Shown: piece after piece, positions 20,253 to 29,643 of the stretch
How positions within the stretch are numbered: position 1 is the stretch's first letter
How the letters are laid out: the number at the start of each line of letters is the position of its first letter
From: Vulcanimicrobiota bacterium
Lineage (GTDB): Bacteria > Vulcanimicrobiota > Vulcanimicrobiia > Vulcanimicrobiales > Vulcanimicrobiaceae
Assembly: GCA_963833095.1 (NCBI GenBank)
Contig: CAWHWQ010000002.1
Location: forward strand, 224,001 to 288,000
Direction of reading: 5' to 3'
DNA length: 64,000 nt
The notes under the pieces: model-generated
What the model was told of the DNA's origin: nothing
Databases searched by the model: none
The model's input: only the letters and a program-made list of their open reading frames with translations
Position numbers and translations under genes: made by a program

Positions 20253-21820
20253 GTTTTCCACTCCCATGCGTTCCATGTCGGCAAAAAGGCATTCGGCGCA
20301 AAGCCCCGCAGCCGGTCCCGGTACGCGTACACGTAGCGAGCATTAAAAAGATAGAGCAACGGCACTTGATCGGCCACGCGCCGCGCGATTGCTCCGTACA
20401 GCGCGCGCCGCCGCGCTTGCGAGACGCTCGAGAGAGCCGCCCGTTCGAGGGCGTCGACGCGCGGATCGCACCAGTGCATGTAATTCGACGGCGCCCCGCA
20501 CGCCAGGATGTCGGAATCGTCCGGATCGGCGCCCATCGTAAACGGCACATAGGCGAGGTCGAAACGCCCGGCGGCCAAAATGCCGGTGACCGGTAAGAAG
20601 AGCTGCGCGTTGCTGATGCTCTCGACCGAGACGTCGATGCCGCGCTGGCGCAGCATCGCCTGCACTGCCTCCGCCACGTGCACGCCCGTCACCGACTCGG
20701 GGAACTGCGCGTACGTGAGATGCAACGCGCGCATGCCGTTTGCGCCGCGCTTCCAGCCCGCTGCATCGAGCAGCGCATCGGCGTCTCGCGGATTGTAGCC
20801 GGGCTCGCGAATCGACGGATCGTAGGCCCAGGAAAACGGGGGTTGCAACATGTTTGTAACGGGATACGCCCCCAGCGTAATCTTCGCACTGATGGTCGCG
20901 CGATCGATCGACATCGCGATCGCACGACGCACGCGCGCGTCCTTGAGCGGTGCATGCTCGGTATTAAAAACGAGCGCGGCCACGACCGCGGTCGGCGTGG
21001 TATAGAGTCGCACGTGTGAATCGCGAACAGCGATCGTACGCTGCGCCGGAGCAATCAAATTCCAATCGAGTGCGCCGGATTGCAGCATGAGCAGATTCGT
21101 CGACGGATCCGAGGCAATGCGCACGTCGAGCCGATCGACGGCCGGCTTGCCACGCCAGTAGCGTGGATTGGCGCGGTAGGTGAGCGATTCGCCGCGTGCC
21201 CATGCCACAAGCGTATACGGTCCGTCGCTTACGTAGGGCAGCCGCGAAAGCGGCACATGCGCCGGAAGCACGACTTGCGGAATGATCCCGTAGGAAAAAT
21301 ACGTCGACGTCGCGGGCGCCCACGCGCGCCGCAAATGCAAGATCACGGTATGCGCATCCGGCGCGGTGGCGCGATCGATCAGGTCGTAGCCTTCGCGGGA
21401 GCGCACGGGATTGCGCGGATCGAGGATCTGGCGCAGCGTGTACAGCACGTCCGTGCTGGTCAACGCGGCGCCGTCGCTCCAGCGGACATTGGGTCGCAAA
21501 CGGTAGATGATGGTTCGTCCGTCAGCGGAAAGATCGCCGTTCGCAAGGCTCGGAATCCGCGCGAGAAGCACCGGCACCGGGGCCCCATGCGGGTCCAGAT
21601 CGAGGAACGGCTCGTAGGCGAGGCGCGCAAGCTGCGCCTCGGCCGAGGACGCGTCCGGCTGAATGAAGAGCGGGTTGAGCGTCGAGGGATCTTTTGCAAG
21701 ATCGAACCGCACGAGTCCCGCCGGTGGCGCCGCGGGGCTGCCGCCTTTGGCGCAGGCAGCCCACGATGAAAATGCGAGGACCGAAATGGCAGCGGCCAGA
21801 TATCCTCTGGCGCTAAACAT
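20249..21820 (-). CDS. peptide ABC transporter substrate-binding lipoprotein (family 5)
   Basis: Lipobox WAA-C; LNP, LRPNVRWSDGAALTSTDV, GPYTL, NPRYWRG, VRRAIAMSIDR. Confidence 0.92.
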   Translation of the reverse strand: MFSARGYLAAAISVLAFSSWAACAKGGSPAAPPAGLVRFDLAKDPSTLNPLFIQPDASSAEAQLARLAYEPFLDLDPHGAPVPVLLARIPSLANGDLSADGRTIIYRLRPNVRWSDGAALTSTDVLYTLRQILDPRNPVRSREGYDLIDRATAPDAHTVILHLRRAWAPATSTYFSYGIIPQVVLPAHVPLSRLPYVSDGPYTLVAWARGESLTYRANPRYWRGKPAVDRLDVRIASDPSTNLLMLQSGALDWNLIAPAQRTIAVRDSHVRLYTTPTAVVAALVFNTEHAPLKDARVRRAIAMSIDRATISAKITLGAYPVTNMLQPPFSWAYDPSIREPGYNPRDADALLDAAGWKRGANGMRALHLTYAQFPESVTGVHVAEAVQAMLRQRGIDVSVESISNAQLFLPVTGILAAGRFDLAYVPFTMGADPDDSDILACGAPSNYMHWCDPRVDALERAALSSVSQARRRALYGAIARRVADQVPLLYLFNARYVYAYRDRLRGFAPNAFLPTWNAWEWKT

Positions 21821-22223
21821 TAACCTTGCGTATGTGCTTTTGTTTCAATGATCCGTTTTCGAGAACATCATAGAAGACTCCCAATTGCATCTTGGCCGCC
21901 TGTTCTGCAATCGCGGGCCACGCTCGGAAGAAACACGCAAGCTGCCTCCTGATAGGCCGTGAGGAGAACCCGTTAGGCAAGAAAAATGCGCGCCCGCGGT
22001 ATTTTTGGTAGAGCGCGCACTCAACATGAGTCTTTCCTCTCGTTTTTATTTGTGCCTGATCGGCCGTAATAACCACCAGTCCATCTCGGCAAACGCGAGG
22101 TATCCATTCACTATCTTTTGTGTCGGCGCGGTAGAGATCCGTCAAGTGAATAACATCTTCGCCGAACAACTTAAGAGCGGCGGAAAAGTTCGGCGAAATA
22201 CAGGCGTCGAGAAAGAACGTCAA
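21813..22223 (-). CDS. VapC45-like PIN-domain toxin (DUF5615/PIN_10 type)
   Basis: FFLDACIS, KDSEWIP, VVITAD motifs; translationally coupled to a DUF433 gene. Confidence 0.8.
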   Translation of the reverse strand: MTFFLDACISPNFSAALKLFGEDVIHLTDLYRADTKDSEWIPRVCRDGLVVITADQAQIKTRGKTHVECALYQKYRGRAFFLPNGFSSRPIRRQLACFFRAWPAIAEQAAKMQLGVFYDVLENGSLKQKHIRKVNV

Positions 22224-22963
22224 GCGGCCAATTCTAGCCTTGTCTCGTACTCGATCGCATCTTCGACACCGTTCTCAGACACTCGATACCAGGCCGCAAT
22301 CCGCTTGATCGGTTCCCCCGCCTTATGCATCCCATAAAGAGCGTACGTTGGAACACCCGTCTCGCGGTTAATAGGCGCGCCAAACGAACGCTCCGGGTCT
22401 AAGACGACGGACTTGCCCTTACCGAGTGGCGTGATTTCTCTTGCAACATCGCCATCGTAAACGACGATATCGTGCAGAAGTGGCTTCACTATCGTCTCGA
22501 ACGCTCTATTACCCGATGCCAGCTCTACGAGACCCCCATCTCCGCTAGACTTCTTCGCAAAAATCCCGCCACCGTAGAGACTATATTTTCTAGTGGCAAA
22601 CGGATATGCCCCGAACTCCGCCCTCGCCGCCGAGTACGCATCTCGAATATCCCGCGTCCGGACATTTTCAGCGCGCATTGCAGCAACCGTCATAAGCTCG
22701 ATTAGCTCAAGAAATCTAATAGTGTCTCGTTCCGCAATCTTCAGATTTGCCGAATGAACGACGGCGGCGTAGCTCTTGATAAACTCTTTTCTGCCGCGTC
22801 GCCAGCGTCTCAGACTGGCCTGCGCAATCTTTGTTCGCAGGGCTTCTGTCAGGATTCGAGCGGTATCAGCAACGGAGTATAGGCCAACACCAAGCAGGTC
22901 GTCGGCATCGAACGCCAAGCTCACGCGAAAATCACCATCTTGCGCCAGACTTGGGCGAGCCAT
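22220..22963 (-). CDS. VapB45-like antitoxin (HTH plus DUF433)
   Basis: GLYSVADTARIL, FLELIEL, YPFAT, LDPERSFGAP..TGVPT, IAAWY..VEDAIEYE. Confidence 0.85.
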   Translation of the reverse strand: MARPSLAQDGDFRVSLAFDADDLLGVGLYSVADTARILTEALRTKIAQASLRRWRRGRKEFIKSYAAVVHSANLKIAERDTIRFLELIELMTVAAMRAENVRTRDIRDAYSAARAEFGAYPFATRKYSLYGGGIFAKKSSGDGGLVELASGNRAFETIVKPLLHDIVVYDGDVAREITPLGKGKSVVLDPERSFGAPINRETGVPTYALYGMHKAGEPIKRIAAWYRVSENGVEDAIEYETRLELAA

Positions 22964-23003
22964 TCAACTAAACCCCTCACCCGCTAAGGGCACCAAAGTT
23001 ATA

Positions 23004-23017
23004 CGAACGTATGTTCG
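23004..23017. promoter_or_regulatory. LexA (SOS/Cheo) box
   Basis: CGAAC-GTAT-GTTCG directly abutting a TATAAC -10-like hexamer (minus strand, 22998-23003) upstream of the antitoxin. Confidence 0.75.
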
Positions 23018-23083
23018 AGTTTGCTCGATGAATGCCTTTTCTTCGAACGGCTGCTCTGGGCAAGTCGGGCGCTGCCCGATGCC

Positions 23084-23112
23084 TTGAACGAACGAATGTG
23101 GGGTGGTATAGT
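23084..23112 (+). promoter_or_regulatory. sigma70-type promoter of the lrp-kdd-kamA operon
   Basis: TTGAAC-17 bp-TATAGT with TGn extended -10. Confidence 0.7.
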
Positions 23113-23157
23113 CAGATCGCCGAATAGCTTGCGGCAAGAAATGCGAATCTGGCGAAT

Positions 23158-23626
23158 ATGATTATCTCCGAGGACCTCGATCAGCTCGACCTTGCGCTGT
23201 TGGACGCACTTCAGCGCAATGGACGCTCGACCTTCGCCGAGCTCGGCGCATTGGTTGGGCTCAAGCCGCCCGCCGTCCACGATCGCGTGAAGCGGCTCGA
23301 ACAGCGCGGCCACATCCGCGGCTACAGTGCGCAACTCGACGGTCGCAGTCTGGGCCTCGAACTGATCGCCTTCGTGAGTTGTTATACGACTCCGGACGCC
23401 GCTTACGATCGGTTTACCAAAAGCTTGAGTGAGATGCCCGAAGTGTGCGAGGTCCATTCCGTGGCGGGCGAAGAGTCGTTCGTCTGCAAAGTGATGACGC
23501 GCTCGACGCACCACCTCGACGAGTTGCTCTCTCGTCTCAAGGCGACTGCCGGGCATGGCGCGCACCAAAACCACGATCGTCCTTTCGACACCGTTCGAAC
23601 GCGACGGTATCTCGGTGCGCTCGTGA
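23158..23626 (+). CDS. Lrp/AsnC transcriptional regulator (one frameshift near 23547)
   Basis: LDQLDLALLDALQRNGR..VHDRVKRLE..I.GY; the C-terminus LPGMARTKTTIVLST is in the next frame. Confidence 0.9.
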
Positions 23627-24700
23627 GCATCGCGCCTGGGCGACGATTGCATCCGCTGGGCACGCATCGCGTGATAGATCCGGCCGGCGCCATGCCGCAG
23701 AACGCTTGGAAGGTCGACAACACGCCGGTCGCGCTTGATAACGAAATTCTGTGCGAAGTCGAAGTGCTCAATATCGACTCGGCTTCGTTCAAGCAGATCG
23801 CCGACGCATGCGACGGAAACGCCGCGCGGATTGCGGAGCACGTTGAGGGCACCGTCCGCGAACGCGGCAAGCAGCATAACCCGGTCACCGGCAGCGGCGG
23901 CATGTTCATCGGTTACGTTCGGCAGATCGGCAAGCGATCTGCGCGACTCGCTCGACCTTCACGCGGGCGAACGCATCGCCTCGCTCGTCTCGCTCACGCT
24001 CACGCCGCTGCACATCGAATCCGTCGAACGCGTCTGACTTGACAACCGGGCGCATTTGGATTCGCGGGAAGGCGTGCTGTTCGATCCGGCCTGTGGGCCA
24101 CGCTGCCGGACGACATCGATGAAAACGTCGCGCTTGCCGTGCTCGATGTCGCGGGCGCGCCGGCACAAGTTCGCCGTCTCTGCGAGCCGGGACAAACCGT
24201 CGTCAATTATCGGCGCCGACGGCAAGAGTGGAATGCTCGCGTGCGCGCAAGCCAAAGCGCGCGTTGGTTCGAGCGGCCACGTCATCGGCATCGCTCCGTC
24301 GGATCAGACCGAAGCAGCAAGACTGCTCGTCGAGCATGGCTTGGTCGACCGTTTCATCGTCGCCGACGCTCGCGACGCGCTCGACCTTAGCGAAAAGGTT
24401 GCGCTGCACGCACTGCAGCTCGCCGACGTGACGATCAATTGCGTCAACGTCCCCGGAACCGAGCTGGCCTCGATCCTGTGCACCAAGGACCGAGGTACCG
24501 TGTACTTCTTCTCGATGTCGACGTCATTCACTGCGGCCGCCCTCGGCGCCGAGGGCGTCGGCAAAGACGTCACGATGATCGTCGGCAACGGCTACGTGCG
24601 CGGTCACGCGGAGACCGCCTTGCAGACGCTGCGCGATCACCCCGCGATTCACGCCTACTTCACACGCCACGCTACGCCGACCGCATCAAGGAACCAGTAA
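23623..24700 (+). CDS. kdd: L-erythro-3,5-diaminohexanoate dehydrogenase (frameshifted)
   Basis: GTHRVIDP..PQ.AW, LNIDSASF.QI, RGKQHNPVTGSGGM, SLVSLTLTPL, LDVAGAPAQ, FFSMSTSFTAAALGAEG..GNGY. Confidence 0.88.
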
Positions 24701-24703
24701 ACC

Positions 24704-26082
24704 ATGAGCGAGATCACGCATCTCAAGCCGCCCGTCCCGCCGTCGCAGTTCGAATACAAGCACCTCAAGCAGGGCGAGTTTTGGCGTCACATTCCCGCCT
24801 ATCGCGAGATCGACGAGGCGACGTTTCTCGATCATCTCTGGCAGCAGAAAAATGCGGTCAAAACGCCGCAAGAACTGCTCGCGACGATCAAAGATCTCGT
24901 GCTCGCCCGGAGTTCTTTGCCGACGTGGAAGAAGGCTTCGCGCGCGCGCCGATGGCCGTGCGCGTCTCGCCGTACGCGCTCGCGCTGATCGACTGGAAGG
25001 ATCCCGTCAACGATCCGATTCGCCGCCAGTTCGTTCCGCTTGCCTCCGCGCTGCTGCCCGATCATCCGCGGCTGACGCTCGACTCGCTGCACGAACAGGA
25101 CGACTCGCCGGTTCCAGGCCTCGTGCACCGCTACGTCGACAAGGCGCTCTTTCTTCCGCTCAACACGTGTCCGGTCTACTGCCGCTTCTGCACGCGCAGC
25201 TACGCGATCGGCCCGGATACCGAGAACGTCGACAAAGTCGCGCTCGCCAAAACGCCCAAGCAATGGGAAGACGCGTTCCAATACATCAGCGAGCGGCCCG
25301 AGCTCGAAGACATCGTCATCTCCGGCGGCGACACGTATCAGCTTCCGCCGAAGAACATCGAGCTCATCGGCAACGCGTTGCTCGACATTCCGCACGTGCG
25401 CCGCATGCGCTTTGCGACTAAAGGCCCGGCGATCATGCCGATGAAGATCATGACCGACACCGCGTGGCTCGATGCGCTCACGGCGATCGTCGACCGCGGC
25501 CGCGCGATGGGCAAGGACGTCGTGCTGCACACGCACTTCAACGCCCCGAAGAGATCACGTGGATCACGGAAAAGGCGATGCGCTCTGCTCTTCGAGCGCG
25601 GCATCTTCGTGCGCAACCAGTCGGTGCTGATCCGCGGCGTCAACGACACGCCCGAACGCATGGCGCTGCTGGTCAAGCGGCTCGAGTACGTCAACGTTCA
25701 TCCGTACTACGTCTACATGCACGACATGGTCAAGGGCGTCGAGGAGCTGCGCACGACGATCGCAGACCGTCGATCGAGATCGAGAAGTTCGTGCGCGGCG
25801 AACCGCCGGCTTCAACACGCCGACTGTTCATCTGCGATGCGCCGGGCGGCGGCGGGAAGCGCGACGTCCACTCGTTCGACTACTACGATCGCGAGAACGG
25901 CATCTGCGTCTACACCGCGCCGAGCCGTCAAACCGGACAAGGCGTTCGTCTACTTCGATCCGATCGATAAGCTCTCGCCCGACGCGCAAGCGCGCTGGGC
26001 CGTCAAGGAGCTTGCCGACCAGATGATCCGCGAAGCCCTTCGTAGGGCGGGCGACGCGGCCGACGAGTTGGTCCTGGCATAA
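24704..26082 (+). CDS. kamA: KamA-family radical SAM aminomutase (lysine 2,3-aminomutase-like), frameshifted
   Basis: DPIRRQF, GLVHRY, CPVYCRFCTR, ISGGD, HTHFN, NQSVL.RGVND, PYY, DAPGGGGK (PLP lysine). Confidence 0.88.
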
Positions 26083-26116
26083 TCTGGCACCCGCAGGAGG
26101 CGGGTCGAGGTTCGGA

Positions 26117-26797
26117 GTGCAGGAAGCACGACCGCCGAAGGCGGACCGAACCGTGGTGAATGAGAAGGCCTTTCGCCTCGACTTCTTCATTGCGATTGCC
26201 GCGCTGCTGGTCAGCACGCTGACGGCTGCGACGTTGCTCTACCAGACGCACGTCATCAGCGACCAGTACGCGGCGACCATCTGGCCCTATCTGAGCAGCG
26301 GGTCGACCGCAGATCCCAACGGCGTAGCGCTTACGGTTGCGAACGACGGGTTAGGACCCGCGCTGATCGAATCGGCGCAGCTTTCCATCGACGGTGTCCC
26401 CGTCCCGTCGTGGGGCGCATACTTCGCGCGACTCACGCGCGACCCGATCCTACGCGTCTACTTTTTAAAGGTGCGCCGGCTTAGTGCGGCCGGAAAATTA
26501 CCGTCCGACGCGGGCATCACAACGGGATCGATCAGCCCCGGCACCACCATTCGGCCGGGGGACAAGCTCACGATCCTGCACGTGCACCTGCCGGGCCTAC
26601 CGCTGCCGGCCGTGCTGCGCCACGCGTTGGTCCTAGATTTCTGTTACTGCTCGCTCAACGGGAGCTGCTGGACGCTGCACAACGACACCGAATCCGAAAA
26701 AAGCGAGCAGCCCAAACCGGTCTCGCACTGCACGACCTCGGCAGCGATCAGTGCATCGTTTGCTACGTCCCCTTCTGTGCGCCCGCGTAGAAAATGA
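26117..26797 (+). CDS. membrane-anchored hypothetical protein
   Basis: One N-terminal TM helix; WPYL..NDGLGPALI..CYCSL..CW. Confidence 0.7.
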   Translation: MQEARPPKADRTVVNEKAFRLDFFIAIAALLVSTLTAATLLYQTHVISDQYAATIWPYLSSGSTADPNGVALTVANDGLGPALIESAQLSIDGVPVPSWGAYFARLTRDPILRVYFLKVRRLSAAGKLPSDAGITTGSISPGTTIRPGDKLTILHVHLPGLPLPAVLRHALVLDFCYCSLNGSCWTLHNDTESEKSEQPKPVSHCTTSAAISASFATSPSVRPRRK

Positions 26798-28805
26798 CTT
26801 TGAAGATCGCTTGCGGGACCGTGATAAGCGTGTTTGGATTGCCGTAGGCGAGATAGAACTCTTCGCTGCGGAGCCGCAAGTGATAGGCGACGGAGATGTT
26901 CGTGCAGGTTCCCTCGCAGTTGCCCCCGCCATTCGGTTGCGGCGGCATGCCGACGACCTTGCGCACGCCGATCGCAAACGACGAGCTTCGATCGATTTGA
27001 TAGCTGTAACTCACGCTGTCGAACCATTGGATGTTATCGGGGCCGTACTCGCGCAGCCATTGCGCGGTATTGTCGACGGCAAACGTTAGGTACCCGCGCT
27101 CGCCGATGCGCATCGTCGTGCTGCGATACCACGTATCGAGGCGGCCGAGCCCATAGCGTCCGGTATAATATTGAATCTGCGTCGGGGTCGCGGATGATCC
27201 GTGCGACGGAAAGTTGCCGACGTTGTTCTGCGTACCGCTGTGATACGTGAGGCTGAACCCTCCGTTCTGCGAGATCGGCGTCATCACGTCTCCGAAGCGC
27301 CAATAACTGGAGCCGGAGAAGAGCTGCAAATCGATTGTGCTCTTCGTCAGCAGGTCGAGGAGGATCTGGTTGTCCGTTTGCGCTTGCCCGTATTGCACGC
27401 CTTGATACCGATCCATGAAGAGGCTCACGCCGGCGGAAAGCAGCTTGTCGTTTGGCGAGAGGGTCCAGATGCGCGCGGTGTAGAGCCCGTAACCGGCGAT
27501 TCCGGGGTGTGAATCGAATCCGTCAACCGGATTGAACTGGCTGCCGACTTTGCGGACCGATCCGTAGAGCGCGAACTTCTGATTGCCCCAGCCGCCGCCC
27601 GCGTCGAGCCACCGTCCTTGCGAGGGATCGGTCACGAGGGTGCCCGATTCAATCGCATCGTTGGCGTAAAAGCTGAGGTACTTGCCGTTCCACCAGTTCA
27701 CGCCGGCCTCGTTCGTGTCGTCCTGAAGCCCCGGAATATCCGTGATTACGTGCTGAAACGCGCCGCCCCAATGCGTGTCCGGCGAGGTATAGTTCAGCGC
27801 CGCCGCGGCGTCGGTTCGATCGTCGCCGATGGCGTCGAAGGCGGCAAGCCCGAATTCGCCCTGCTTGCCCTCGAGCGCGTAGCCTTGAGTGGGCGTGGGT
27901 ATTCCCGGTGTGTACAGCGTCGTGCGATAACCGTTACACACGTTGCAGTTGAAGTCGTTGAAGAAGCTCGCCGCCTGCGTGAAGAACGGGCGCACCTCGC
28001 TATAGGTGCGCTGGAAAACCGTCGGCGAGATCGATTGCTGATCGAGTTCGACGTTCGAGTAGTCGGGATGAAGTGTCCCGAAGAACGAGGCCGTCTGCGC
28101 GATCGGGATCGAGAAATCCATGCCCACGCGCGAGGTGCTACCGCCGATCGTACGGCTTGCTGCCTCTCCCAACGCATAGGGCGCGACGCGCGGACGCGGT
28201 AGCGGCTGCTTCGCAATCTGCGTGAACGTCACGCTGCCGGCGCGCGCGGCATCATCGGGATTCTGCTGCGCCGGATCGTACGACCACACGTCGAGATCGC
28301 CGGTCGATCGAACGTACCGCACGAACTGCACGCGCCACGTCCCAGCGTGCGCCCCGTGAACGACGGCGAGCGGAATGGCCATCGTTACCGTGTAGCCGTC
28401 CTTGGTTCGCTCTCCATGCGATTCCCAATGCGGCGAGAAGCCCACATTCTCGCTCGAGGCCTCGTTATGAGCCCCGATCGGGTTCGACTCGAACTGATAC
28501 TGAAATCCCGCCGGACCGGTCGGCCACAAGTCGACCCACACGGCGTCGTCGCTCCAGGCGATGCCGCCGCCGATGTTACTTCCGCCGGTGACGGTATCGT
28601 CAGCGTGTTGCGTTGCGGTAATCGACTCGGTCTGCACAGCATCGAAACGCACATAGAGCATTTTTCCGTCGCTCCACACGTAGGCGTCGGTTTTATCCTG
28701 GGCGGGGCGCGCGTGATCGACATCCCACGCCAACGTCACGTGCGCCGCCGGCGTCGCCGTGGGGACAGCGAACGCTCCGATGAGCGCGAGCAAGGATGCT
28801 ATCAC
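26763..28805 (-). CDS. DUF5916 / CBM9-like probable outer-membrane protein
   Basis: Signal peptide; CBM9-like N-terminus (LYVRF, DAVWVDL, YTVTMAIPL); TLHPDYSNVELD..EVRPFF motif; aromatic beta-strand C-terminus. Confidence 0.75.
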   Translation of the reverse strand: MIASLLALIGAFAVPTATPAAHVTLAWDVDHARPAQDKTDAYVWSDGKMLYVRFDAVQTESITATQHADDTVTGGSNIGGGIAWSDDAVWVDLWPTGPAGFQYQFESNPIGAHNEASSENVGFSPHWESHGERTKDGYTVTMAIPLAVVHGAHAGTWRVQFVRYVRSTGDLDVWSYDPAQQNPDDAARAGSVTFTQIAKQPLPRPRVAPYALGEAASRTIGGSTSRVGMDFSIPIAQTASFFGTLHPDYSNVELDQQSISPTVFQRTYSEVRPFFTQAASFFNDFNCNVCNGYRTTLYTPGIPTPTQGYALEGKQGEFGLAAFDAIGDDRTDAAAALNYTSPDTHWGGAFQHVITDIPGLQDDTNEAGVNWWNGKYLSFYANDAIESGTLVTDPSQGRWLDAGGGWGNQKFALYGSVRKVGSQFNPVDGFDSHPGIAGYGLYTARIWTLSPNDKLLSAGVSLFMDRYQGVQYGQAQTDNQILLDLLTKSTIDLQLFSGSSYWRFGDVMTPISQNGGFSLTYHSGTQNNVGNFPSHGSSATPTQIQYYTGRYGLGRLDTWYRSTTMRIGERGYLTFAVDNTAQWLREYGPDNIQWFDSVSYSYQIDRSSSFAIGVRKVVGMPPQPNGGGNCEGTCTNISVAYHLRLRSEEFYLAYGNPNTLITVPQAIFKVIFYAGAQKGT

Positions 28806-29578
28806 GGAAGCACTGCACCATCGAGTGAGTTATGTGATTTATCCTCGAGCAGCGACGCACCGACTCTTGCGCACGTACGCTCGCCGTCACGATCGCGATC
28901 GCAGAGCTGCGCTCCGGTAAAGACGGCGCCGCGAACCGAGGCGCCGCGCAGATCCAGGCAGACGACCTCACGCTGAATCGTGACGCCATCCACTTCATCC
29001 GCGTTGTGCGTGCAGACCCATGCATTGCGAAATGAGGTACCGTCGACGCGCGCATCCTGCATGTCGGCGCCGACGACGTCATCGCCGTCAAAGATCGCGC
29101 CCGAAAGATTGCCGCGACGGAAGCTCGCGCCGACGAAACCGGCGCCGGTCAAATTCTGGCCGTGAAGGTCGACGTCGCCGAAGTTCGCACCGGTGAACTC
29201 CGCCCCGTTCAATTTTGCGCCCTCGAGGCGCGCGCCGCGCAGGTTGGCGCCTACGAGTTTTGCGCCACGCAGGTCCGCGTTGCGCAGGTCGGCGCCTTCG
29301 AGATTCGACCCGGTGAGGCGCGCATCGCGCAAGTTCGCCGAACCAAGATCGCTTTCGCGAAGGTTCGTCCCAACATAGTCGACGCCGTGAAGATCCGCAC
29401 CGTGCAAATTCATGTGTGAGAGATTGCAGCCGACGCAGCGGTTTGGAATGCCGGCAGCGCGCGCTGCCGGCGCTCCGGCTGCTATGGCAATTACCGCGCC
29501 GGCGAGGCCCAGGTTTCGAATGAGTGCGATCACTTTGAGTGCCGTCATTGTTGCCGGTTCTACCTTTCTCGAATCCAT
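28802..29578 (-). CDS. secreted pentapeptide-repeat protein
   Basis: Signal ..AAGAPAARA; CVGCNL cap then A(D/N)LxX repeats. Confidence 0.9.
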   Translation of the reverse strand: MDSRKVEPATMTALKVIALIRNLGLAGAVIAIAAGAPAARAAGIPNRCVGCNLSHMNLHGADLHGVDYVGTNLRESDLGSANLRDARLTGSNLEGADLRNADLRGAKLVGANLRGARLEGAKLNGAEFTGANFGDVDLHGQNLTGAGFVGASFRRGNLSGAIFDGDDVVGADMQDARVDGTSFRNAWVCTHNADEVDGVTIQREVVCLDLRGASVRGAVFTGAQLCDRDRDGERTCARVGASLLEDKSHNSLDGAVLP

Positions 29579-29643
29579 GAAGAGTCAAAACGATACCCGG
29601 GGCGCAGTTCGCCCATATCGTTACGAGGAGTTATGAAGGGTGT

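Noticed and set aside
29620..29638. TTCATA-N5-TCGTAA direct repeat upstream of the secreted pentapeptide gene as a third OmpR-type box
   Set aside because: Only loosely similar to the 16-bp box; could be chance.
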